This document shows, one piece after another, positions 24,546 through 36,500 of a DNA stretch of 64,000 nt. Made by a program: the position numbers and the translations under genes. The stretch's first letter is position 1. Every line of letters starts with the position of its first letter. The stretch is from NCBI RefSeq assembly GCF_964355755.1, contig NC_092674.1:11656001-11720000 (forward strand), read 5' to 3'. This DNA comes from Antedon mediterranea (Eukaryota; Animalia; Echinodermata). The notes beneath the pieces were generated by a model, which saw nothing but the letters and a program-made list of their open reading frames with translations, was not told the origin of the DNA and did no database searches.

Positions 24546-25499
24546 AATAAAATAAATTTATAATAAACAACTTAGAAGTACAGTAGATACAAAAAACAAT
24601 TATTATAATCATTCATTCAATCAATCGATCTTTGATTTACACCTTTTACAAAATTTAGGCCTATGGAAAATAATCACATTTTGTCCTTTTTTTGGTAAAA
24701 TTGTATTTTAATGAATAACAAATATTTTTGTAACATACCGTACTTGCACAACTTTTAAACCTGCCATAAATATTTTTATGGAAGTGGTTTAAAAAAAGAA
24801 ATTTTAAATTCGCCTTACAATTAGAGCTTTTATAGGCCTATGTAAAATACTGATTTTATTCATTTTTGGCTAAAAATCGCACAAAAAAATGTTATCTAGA
24901 ATGCTAATTCATACATTAAATGAAAGCAACTTAATGATAATGTTTATATTCATTGGAAGTAGTAATGGAAGTTGTTGTCATAAACCTATCATAAGTTAAT
25001 TATTATAAATTTAGAAAATAATTCGTGACTGTGCGTTCAGTAGTCAATATGGAACGTATAATGCTTTTTCAATTGTTTTTGTTTTCTACTTCAATTCTAC
25101 AAGACAGTATACGGTATCGGTTATGCTGGTCTGTCTGTCTGTCAATGTATGGTATGTCGGTCTGTCTGTCTGTCAATGTATGGACACTTTCAAATACAAT
25201 ATACAGTGTAATAATTTATTCAATGACGTGTGACTTTAAATATATAAATAAGGCGGCAAGTAAAGTGGATTGAACTCGTATGAATATAACGGCAGGTTTC
25301 ATTTTAGCTCGACAAATTATCGATTAATCTCATCACAAACATCGAAAAATCGTTACAACTATAGCACAATATTGACCCAATCTGTTGACAACACAAACCC
25401 ATGGTCCAGGCCTAAACACTATGCTCAATCTCGGATAGGTCAAATATTTGAAACATTAACAACTCCGATGAAATATCTTTTTTATCCCTGTATTGTTTC

Positions 25500-26070
25500 A
25501 GATCACAACAATAAGTATAAAGGAAAACAAAATTGCTACAAATTTCATTACGACGAACTGATATGACCACTCTCGCATCCAGACGAGAGACGTTGATTCA
25601 AAAATTTGGAGAAAGGCTCTTGAAATCGGAATTGTACAGAACTATTTTGCCCGACTACCGCATTATTACTAGAGAGCTTAGATCAACCACGGTAGATAAA
25701 CCCCTAATTAATATACCTATTTGCAGAACTAACCGTCTTAAGACTTCGCCTGCCCTTACTATAAGTAGAATCCTTAATTTAAACAGTACCTGATCACGCT
25801 GAAGATGGCTATGTTATAAATATTTACATATATAGGCCTATGCATTTGTATATAAATTTTGTAATCTTTTTAACATAACATAATTTTATTTTTTTAACTG
25901 ATTTTTTCAAATTTTTTAATGTTTTGTATAAATTTTTGTATTTTTTTAAATGTTTCTGTTTCCATATATTTATATATATATTTTTGTAAATCAACAATTT
26001 CAGCCTTCGGGCTGCATGTTTTTTATTGTATAAACCTGAATAAAAAAAAAAAAAATAAATAAAATAAATA
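25500..26070 (+). mobile_element. CR1/L2-group LINE 3' end
   Basis: TLASRRETL...KFG...CRTNRLKTS C-terminal signature, AT-rich 3' UTR, CAGCCTTCGGGCTG hairpin and A-rich tail. Confidence 0.65.
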
Positions 26071-26337
26071 TATCATTTTATACAAATAATCCATATAAAT
26101 TAAAATATATTTATCTTATGTCTACTACAAATACTGATCTCTACTAAGCTTGGAAAATATTATTATTTTTTTATTTAAACGTAGAAAAGAATTCTTAAAT
26201 GCACTCTAATGTTACTTACATAAGTGTTACATTATTTTATTTGGGTCAAAGGCCATAAATAAATGTTTTTTTCGGATCATTCCAAGAAAGAAAGTTAAAG
26301 AGTTGCTATATTAGTCAGATTTAAGCAATACAATGAA

Positions 26338-26531
26338 AGCCCCAGTGGTCTAGTGGTTAGAACATCTGCATATAAGTAGAAGGTTCCGGGTTTGAATCTC
26401 GGTTGGGCGAATTTTTCTCATTCTCACATATTTCCTTATCTTAATTGTTTCAAATTAATTAATTGATTAATTAAATTTCAGTATCTCACCGGGCGGTTTA
26501 GAATTTATTTTGTGCCTGTTTATATTTTTAT

Positions 26532-26535
<4 letters not shown>
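26338..26535 (+). mobile_element. tRNA-derived SINE ending in (TA)n
   Basis: TGGTCTAGTGGTTAG...GGTTTGAATC head; body matches copies at 62755 and 63396. Confidence 0.7.
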
Positions 26536-26567
<32 letters not shown>

Positions 26568-26667
26568 GGTTGAAATTTTCAGACCGTTTGGATAGAGTGC
26601 TCAATACCAAGGTAGAGCATAAATAAATAAAATAACAGCAGAAAACTTGGTTACTTCATTGTTTTAA

Positions 26668-26723
26668 TCACTACAAATTTGTTTCGTACGACCAGCATGT
26701 AGCTGGCCGCACTCTTCAGGTGA
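26668..26723 (-). ncRNA. Minimal type I hammerhead ribozyme
   Basis: UCAC-CUGAAGA-GUGCGGCCAGC-uacau-GCUGGUCGUAC-GAA-ACAAAUUUGU-A-GUGA: full core, fully paired stem II, palindromic stem III, GUA cleavage triplet. Confidence 0.8.
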
Positions 26724-26964
26724 AATATAAAACATAAGTGACACAGTTGTCTCATAGTGCTTAATAGAAGTGAGTCATCGGGAAGTCGTATACAATAGCC
26801 TATTGTTTTAGATAAACTGTTTGGATCTGCAATTTAGTAAGAATTTTTTCCTATGTCTACAATAGTACAAGTAGAGACTAACTCGTTCTTACGGTTCAGT
26901 GAGCATAGCTCTGGTTGACATATAATAACATACATACACAACTGTGTCACTTATGTTTTATATT

Positions 26965-27020
26965 TCACCTGAAGAGTGCAGCCAGCTACATGCTGGTCGT
27001 ACGAAACAAATTTGTAGTGA
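26965..27020 (+). ncRNA. Minimal type I hammerhead ribozyme (inverted copy)
   Basis: Same motif with one A-C mismatch in stem II. Confidence 0.75.
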
Positions 27021-27123
27021 TTGAAACAATGAAGTAACCAAGTTTTCTGCTGTTATTTTATTTATTTATGCTCTACCTTGGTATTGAGCACTCTATCCAA
27101 ACGGTCTGAAAATTTCAACCTGA

Positions 27124-27125
<2 letters not shown>

Positions 27126-27194
<69 letters not shown>
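27126..27194. repeat. (TA)n microsatellite
   Basis: Pure TA run abutting the sialyltransferase A stop codon. Confidence 0.95.
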
Positions 27195-27197
<3 letters not shown>

Positions 27198-27510
27198 AAG
27201 ATGAATAAGCGTTTTCTTTACTTTTGATAGCTTACGACGTCTCCGTAAACGTTTAGTAATAAACCTTCTTCTCATGTTGTCCAAAAATGTTGTATGCAGA
27301 GTTCCGTTTTCGTTATCTTTTTCCTTCTTTTCTGGCCACGCGGGGTATTTAAAAGTTATGTTTTTCAAGGTTGACCACCGACGAAAAATAGCCTTTTCAG
27401 TGAAAAACAGATGACCACTCCGTGCCCTGTACTCACTCTTGTTATAATATGTACATTCTTGCGTATTATTCTCGTAATAGTGATATGGCACACTTGCGTT
27501 GGTGGTAGAA
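27195..27510 (-). CDS. Sialyltransferase A last exon
   Basis: VPYHYYE...ECTYY...[14 protein letters not shown]...PAW plus basic tail. Confidence 0.9.
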
Positions 27511-30500
27511 CTGTAGAAAAGATTTGCAAGAGTTAATAATTGCATTAGAAGGTTCATTTTTCCTTAAATGCCCTTCAATCCAAACATTAAGACCAGCATA
27601 GGAAGTGTTAAATAAATATTGCTAGCTCATACACATGTTTTGGCCAATCCCTACCAGCAGTCAAATTTCACATTCTAGATCAAGCCTGAAACATGCATAG
27701 CCTTTTAGCATCCTGTCCTTCTCTTAAGCCTTGTCTACACTATCAAATTTTATGTGACAAAAAAATGTGATGTGCCCATATATAGACATGATGATGTCAT
27801 ATCACTACCATATTTAAACATAGCACTACCATATATGAGCACATCAAACCTTTTTGACACGTAAAGTTTGATAGTGTAGATAAAGCTTTAGATTGCTTCT
27901 ATCAAAGAGAAAAAAGAACCCCTTCCATTCCCAGCAAAAATCCTGTATTCATACAATGCAAAGTTTAACCATTTATATATTTTTGAAACTAAGATAGAGT
28001 AGAAAAGTACCGTACTTTACAAGTAGGGTCTACGTTATATGATATATCATAACGCCAAATATGATGATACCGGTGTCTACATAGTCAGAAATTGAGTTTT
28101 GAGCCGCAATTTGGGTGACTTACTTGCAATAACTTTCATATGCCATACCGTATACAGTTATACTAGGGCATACTTCTATGGCAAACACCATTGTATACCA
28201 TCCTGTTGTCAACATTGTGCGAGCTTCTTTTCTGTTACCATTACATAATATAAACAATGATAATATACATTATTAGCATTGTATAAAATGTGCATAAATA
28301 TGTTAAATACTGTAACAATAATTCAAATATTGTATACTGTATACATTACGATATATGTTAGAAATAAAGATGTAAAGGTTGTATCTATATATAAATTTAC
28401 GTAAGGGCAAAATTCGGTAAATCTCGGTTTATTTCTAGAATTTCTACTCGATGGTATATAAAGTTGGTTCATACTTTCGGTACTGATTTTAACCATCTGA
28501 TGTAACCCTGTTTACTAATTAAATTGAGTTAGGTAATTAGTTATTGACGATTAAAACGAATTTAGGTTCAACGATTTGCCCCAAATAGGGGTGTTTTCCG
28601 ATCGTGGTATACACTGTCTAATGGATGTCCATCTTGAAAAATACCCGCCACAAAAATACGAGGAGGCTTCGCATTTTCCTATCTCCTCCTACGATAATTG
28701 TTTTTAATAGCTGAAAACTGGTTGAACAGCTAGAGTACAGCATCATAATGTTGAAGACAGGCCGATTTTCTTTAAAAAATACTATTTTGATAGATTTAAT
28801 ATACGATTATACAAATGTATTGATTTGCGATGAATGGAACATTTCAATCTCTGTTTCACAAGTGTCTATTCCCTCAGGCGTCGTAAAGGCAAGTACAGTA
28901 CTGTATACTCGAAATTCGATCCATTTTTGTTTTCAATCTGTGCTGCAGAGGTTGGATATAATTTTTTTTTAAACGGATAATGAGCTAGCGTTTTCACTCG
29001 CCGTATATTATGTACAAATCTTTATTATTGCAGTTAAACCACCAACATCATCACCTTTCCCTCACTGGCATGAGTAGCGTTGTAAAACCAGTAGAGAATA
29101 GGCCTACGGTACATCACATGCCCTAAACGCAGAACAACTTTGGTGGGTAGGGTAGGAACCAACTTAAGTATGAATTGGCTCTAAGAAACAATTGAAAACC
29201 ATTAGGCCTACTAATTAAGTTGAGTTAGATAATTTAATATTTATTGACGATTAAATCGAATTTATGATTTTCCCCGAATAGAGGTGGTTTTCACAAATTG
29301 TTTTACATTATATTATAAACATATACACGTCGTAGTGATGTATCGTTACATGTGCTGTACTATTTCAATCGAGTAGGACGGTGATAGTTTCAACAAAGTA
29401 TTACATCGCAATGTTTTACTGTGTTTAGTGGTATATTATTTGTAAAACATGAAAGCAATTAATATTTCGTTACTAAATGGATAAAGAATATATTTTAACA
29501 TTGTTCCTCTTTGCACCCATCCTCTTCCCCATCCCTCAACCCTAATGTTACATACAAAACACAAATTAAGTTTGTTTAAATTTGACTTAAACAATTGGTC
29601 TTATTTTGTGACAAGTTTCTCTTTCGGAAGTAATAGGGTGCTAATTTTAGTTGAGTACATAAATCACAGTGTCTATTTATTCGTTCCTGTACACGACATG
29701 TATTATTGTCCTGCGGTACGTACATTTGAAATCGCCAGTTTTTTAACGCTGAAATTATTATGTATTCGAGAACCATCTGTGGGCACGACCTAGTAATATA
29801 AATTTACGTTAGGGTACAATTAAAAAACATTTACGTGTAAATAATAACCAGAGATCGTATACAGTCTCGGTTACTCACCCTAGCTATTTCGATAGGTAGA
29901 TTTGAAAACAGCTTATTCTGACTATACGATATTGCTCAATATTTATCTTGTAGAGCGACTTGAAATAGTTTCAATCAAAATCTTTCATATGTCGTGTCTA
30001 CGACGCGTTTAAAAATAAATTTCAAACGGTGAGTTACATTAAGCCTTTTTCCTATACTAGGCAAATTTAAAAAAAAAGCGTCGCAGGAAGGGATTTGAAA
30101 GATAGAAACATGAATCCACACGCATGAGCATAAGATGAAGCTTTCGATTCGCGCGAACAAATTCGCCTAGTGGTGGAAAAATGCCTTTTTAAAATCTTGT
30201 TGCACATTTCTTTATCTCGCGTTGTCTAACTAGATTGGTCACCGCAATTATTTCCGAAATTATGGTCAATAGAAAAAATTTTAAATAATCGCCAAAGAAA
30301 TGGACTATCAACAAAATTACTTATACCCTACGTCTCAATTAAATTATAACGACGATTGAATTACCTTGTAAAACCTGTTTCTTGTTTAAAAAGGTCTTCA
30401 GCTAAAACCATTCTGTCTGGTAGAGATGAGTATATTGGAATATCTTGGTAAAGGTAGGCTAAAAGAAAGGCGTAGCGGTATTCTTCGTTTGTGAGCTTCG

Positions 30501-33500
30501 GGACTTCTTCAGTCATACTCATCCAACTAATGATAATCATCTGAGTTCGAGTTGTGTTGTTTACCAAGACCTCCAATAGTACATTCTTTTTGCCTAGCGA
30601 TTTCCTAAAGTTCCGATGGCCCACAACTCTGACGGTCGTGCGAGTGCCAACATCATGTTCAAAGCCAACCACAGAGGCTAGATTCATTCGTATGACACAG
30701 TGGTGTTGATCAATCTCTCTTCCAGCGTTTGATCCTAATAAATGACCAGAGCTTGTCACGACAGCACAGTTATTGCAAGTAAGACGAAGACTCTAATCAG
30801 AATAATTAATATTAGTATTCTGCAATAATGATATGTTTAACTAGTTCGAATTTTGCAGTAAGTCATTAAATTATTTAATGATTGCTATTGATATTACCTC
30901 CGGCCGCCTATACCTATTTTTGTCTGAGATATTTGCGTGACATATTGTGTTCAAAAACGACTTCATTCAATTTTGGAGGCAATCCGGACCACTTTTTATT
31001 ATTTTACTAATTTTAGGCCAAAACTACAAGACTCGTTTTACTCCTGGTGAAAGTGGTTGCAACCTTCTGACTGCTCTTGTTAATATTGATTTTTAAATGT
31101 TAAAACAATTTTAAACAATTTTGTCTATTTGTTTTATTTTTAAAAAAAACATTTAATTTTTCTTTTATCGTTTTTTGTTGTAAAAAAATGTCTGTTACAT
31201 TTCACATGATTACACGACGATACAAACTAATTTTGATTGAGAACCAAAGCTGACCGTTAAATAAAATAATGAGTTTCATTTTGGTACCGCGCTCTGTAAT
31301 CTAGTGAACTGAAATATCTTGATTTTGAATTGCGAATGATTGCAATATGGAAATGAAGAAACCAGTTTGAATTCGGGAGGTTCAACCCTATACATTTGTA
31401 TAAATAAATATAGTCTAGATAGTGTTGTTTTATTTTGTAGGCCTACTGTATATCAATAAATTAATTAAGTTATTAATATGTCATAAAACATAGGATATAC
31501 TCTAGTAGCTAGATCAACTTTCGTATGCACTTTGAGGTCCAGAGAATTTGACTTCAGAAATTGGTTTAGGGTGGTTAAACAATAATTTTTGGCTTGGTTA
31601 CACATTTTGAAAATGTGGCTAAAGGTCAAAAGGTCAGGTGAAAGACCAAACACCAATATGCCCTTAAATCTCAACAACCACTGGTCACAGCGAAGTAATT
31701 TTGGTCTCAAATTGATCAGAAGGTATACATTTATATTCAGTCTAATGGGACATTTTAGTTAAAAATGACCGGAAATGCCATTTCTGACCTTTGACCCACA
31801 ACCCAGGGCATGTATGTATCTCCGTAACTACTGGTCGTAGACACTTGAATTTGGTCTTAAATTGTTCGAAATATATATTTTGTTATTTGTTACACATTTT
31901 GAAAAATGTTACAAAAGGTCAAAGGGTCAGGGTCAAGGGTTATATGAACAAATAAATAAAGGTACTTGTATCTCAAGTCAATTTTGGTCTCAAAATGTAC
32001 AGAAGGCATGCATTTATATTCAATCTAATTGGGCAATTTAGTAAAAAATGATTAGAAATGCCATTTCTGACCTTTGACCCACATACCAGGGCATCTTCAT
32101 ATCTCTGTAAGTACTGGTCATAGAAACTTAAATTTGGTATCAAATTGTTCAAAATATACATATTTACATTCATTGTAATAGAAAATGTGGTTAAAAGATG
32201 AACAGAAAAACATATCTCTACACAACTTATCCTTAGACAGTAATGTTATGCAATAACTGATACTTTTAATTGTTTCAATTTCAAGTACTATTTATTGCTG
32301 TCCATGAGAACATTTTGATAAACGTCAAGCTCAACAGTTCTTTTCAGAAATGTAGAAGTAACTTGCCATGTGTATCCGATTAAACGCCCCGGGCATTTGT
32401 TGTTCAAAAGGGTTTTTAGGGGGAGGGGAGGCATCTTTATTTGGGGTATAATATGGTAACATGTATAATCAAATAAATACCACCTAGATGTAAAAAAATA
32501 CAGTTAAAAAAATGATAAAATTATGTCAAAATGCTTGGTAAATTGTAGATTATGGTAGTTAATGAATTGTGTTGTGATACATTTATTTTGTAAATGCATG
32601 TGGCGGAGCGTTTATTCCACATGATGTTCATTGGAGGGAATGGTGGTGTTTATTTGAGGGAGGCTTTTAGTCAAAGCGGGTGTAAATTTGAATAAATACT
32701 CAAGCTCAACAGTTAAGAATGCTAGAAGTAACTTACCATAGTTACCCGAATAAAAGGCCCGGGCATTTATTTATTCAGGGAAGGCGTTTTTTTGGGGGGG
32801 GGGGGGGGGTGTAATAATGGTAACATGTATAATCAAATAAATAAACGTTGTGATTTTACTTAACCAAGGTATAGTTTTTTACAGCTCCTGAAATATAGTT
32901 AAAATTTGACGTTTTCTAAATCTCGATTGATTTCTAAGTGAGTATAATACAGTGAATAAGTCAAGTTAAACCAAGTCTTTGTTAAGGTGGAAATTTTTAC
33001 CTGAAAGAAATACTAGGAAAAAACAATTTATATATCGTTCACGTCTAAGCCCGGTGAAAGCCAAACAATGGCGTCAAAAACCCATAGAAACGGGACTAAC
33101 AAAGGAATGTACAGTGCTGCACAGGCTGACGGTGACGAAATCAGCAGGATGAACGGGCAAACAGTAAACAAAGAACGTAGTGTAGTGAAGCCAATCTTTT
33201 TGAAGGCTGATCAAATACCAACAGGAAAAAGCTTTTTCAAAGATGAAGACCTATGTATAGCCCTACTAAAAATAATTGCTGCAGAAAGTGTAATCGGTGT
33301 TCAAAAAATACGGAACCTATGGCGAATTTATCTAAATAATAGAAATGATAGAGTGAAACTAATTACGAATGGACTAAACATTAGGATTGTAATATTACAA
33401 TTCATGATAAAAATCCTTATTTGGCATACAACAACATGGAAACAACGAGAATAGTCATAAAGGATATACCATTATTGGTTGCTGACGTAGAGATTGCTAG

Positions 33501-36500
33501 CAAGTTGAAAGCGCTAGGATGCAAACCAATAGGAGATGTTACAAGGCTAAAAATAAGGGTTAATGGTCAATTAACCAGCTGGCTAAACGGTGACAGAGCT
33601 GTCGTTGTAGAAAAGCTAAAATCGCAAATACCAAGACAGATAATAATAAATGGTTTTAGAGCACGGGCTTTTCATGACGGTCAGGAAGTGAAATGCAACA
33701 AATGTACAAAGACTGGGCATTTAGCTTTTCAATGCAAAGCTGATATAATCTGTTTCAAGTGTCATTTACCAGGGCATACTAGGGACAGATGTAATGTTGA
33801 AGCGCATAATGTATCATCATCTGGTTCACCTGGTGCATACATTAATAAAGTTTGGGAATCGGTTTTTAACTTTGAAAACCCAAAAAATAATAATGCTAAC
33901 GATAACCACTACGGGAAAAGAGCTACGGTACAATCTGATACAGAAACACATGATGAAGTGTTTAGTATTGATGGAAGTAGTGAATCATCAGATGATGAAA
34001 ATGCGCAGAAAGAAACAAGTGTGATCACTATAGAACAACACACAAACCAAAATGAGCAGGAAGATGATGACAGAGAGGAGCAGAGAGAAGAGCAGGAAGT
34101 GGACGAAAGAGAGGAGGAGGAAGTTGAAGAAGGAGAGGAACAAGAAGTACCGGGAAGAAAGTACCAGAAATCTGAAGAAAGAGAGGAGCAGGAAGTTGGG
34201 GAAAGAGAGGAGCAACAGAAGAAGGTAACTGACTACTTTGAAAAAAGTATGCAAAAAAGTAAAAGTGTTAGCACAAACAAGAAAGCAGCGAGATATCTGA
34301 AGGAACAGTCCGGAAATGAAGGCAGGACAGAAGAAAAAACAAAGAGTATTGAAAAAAGAAGTTTAAGAAAGAGAAACAAAAACAAGTAATTTAATCTTAA
34401 TAATATGTATTCTAAATATTGTAATTTCCCTAGGAAGCTCTTTACTCTAATCTTATGAATTTACATTGTATAACACTAAACGTTAGAGGAGCTAGAAATA
34501 TAAATAAGCAACATAAGCTATTCCAATGGGTAACAGATCAAAAAGCGGATATATGTCTGCTTCAGGAAACCCATCTAACAAATGAGATTATTAATAAATC
34601 AAACTTTGTTTGGGAAGGTGAAGCGATCCATAGTATAGGTAATTCACATAGTAGAGGAGTGTCGATACTATTACGAAAAGGTCTTGAATGCAAAATTGTT
34701 AAAAAGTTAACTGATATTGATGGAAGATATATATTTCTTAATTTAATGATAAATGAAAAGGAATTGGACATTATAAATATTTATGCTCCTAATGAAAGCA
34801 AAAATAGAAGTGCATTCTTTAGGACTATACACAAATGTTACAATGACTTTGATGGAGGGAAGGGTAATTCTATCATTCTAGGTGGAGATCTGAAATGCAT
34901 CATGAATAGTGACATTGACCAAAAAGGTAGCGCAAATAGGTCTGATAAATCTGTTTTTACGATTAAAAACCTAATGAAAAATTTAAATTTAAATGATATT
35001 TGGAGATCCAAAAACATGAATAAGCGACAATTTACGTGGCGTAAGAGATTTAACAACATTTTCCGTAGGCTGGATTACTGGTTAATATCAGAAGATCTCT
35101 TTTCAAATGGAGATGTTTTAGCCTGTGACATTCGTCCAGCTATTCTCACAGATCACCAGGCGGTATCAATTAAAATAGATTTGCATGAAAAAAAAACGCG
35201 GTCCTGGTTTATGGATGTTCAACAATAGCTTTCTGAAAGATGAAACATTAAAAAAATTAGTAATTAAAATAATTGATGTTTCAATACTAAAAAATAATAG
35301 AGAACCTGTAAGTGCAAGTTTGTTATGGGAGCTTGTAAAAACAAAAATAAAAGAATTTTCAATTGCATACGGAAAACAAAAAAATAAAAACCAGAATAAA
35401 AAGAAAGAAAAATTACAAAAACAAATAAAAAACTTAAATGAAACAATTATGAATACACAAAATTGTGATATAACCATTGAAAATAAAATTGAAAACAAAA
35501 AAATAGAGCTTGAAAACATTTATAATGTAGAAGCAAAAAGCGCGCAAATTAGGTCCAGAGTAAAATGGATAGAGGAAGGCGAGCGGAATACAAAATACTT
35601 TCTTGGGTTAGAAAGATCCAAAAGTAAAATGAAACACATAAAAAGTTTAATTACTAAAGATGGGAGCTTAGCAACGAGCCCAATTGATATTTTAAAGGAA
35701 CAAATACAACATTTCGAAGGTTTATACGCAAAAAATGTTATAAACCCTGGAAAAATTAATAAATACCTTTGTAATTCTATTATAAACAAGCTTTCAGAAA
35801 TAGAAAAAGAAAATTGTGAAGGTTACGTCACTATTGATGAATGTAAAAAGGCCATTTCAATGATGGAAAAAAATAAAACACCTGGATCGGATGGTCTAAG
35901 TGTTGAATTTTATGTGTTCTTTTGGAATAATATTAAACATTTAATTTGCGATGCGTTAAATGAAAGTTATAATTCTCAAGAATTATCCTTTTCGCAAAAA
36001 CGAGGTGTAATCACCCTTTTGTTCAAGGATGGAGAAAGAGAAAATTTGAATAATTGGCGTCCCATTACCCTCTTAAACACCGATTACAAAATTCTTGCAC
36101 ATGTATTAAGTAACAGACTTAAAATGGTTATTAAATCAATAGTAAGTTCAGACCAAAATGGTTATATAAAAGGCCGTTTCGCTGGTGAAAACATTCGGTT
36201 AATAGAAGACCTGCTTTATTATACAGAGTGTAATGATATCGAAGGGGCAATAATTACCGTAGATTTTAAGAAGGCTTTTGACTCTATTAGTAGAGATTTT
36301 ATGTTCAATGTTCTAGAAAAGTTTAACTTTGGAATGTTCTTTTGTAACTGGGTAAAAGTATTATACAATAACGTTGAATGTGTCACAGTTAACAATGGTT
36401 GGGTTTCAAACAATTTTAAAATGGAAAGAGGTATTAGACAAGGTTGTCCTCTATCTGCTCTGTTATTCATTTTAGTGGTTGAAGTAATGGCATCTAGAAT

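Larger units (their letters stand above)
26565..27123 (-). mobile_element. 5'-truncated Penelope-like retroelement with inverted pseudo-LTRs, embedded in (TA)n
   Basis: 186-bp inverted arms (26565-26750 / 26938-27123, two mismatches seen). The minus-strand spacer encodes a PLE-type C-terminus SLNRKNELVSTC/RHRKKFLL. Each arm has a hammerhead core. Confidence 0.85.
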
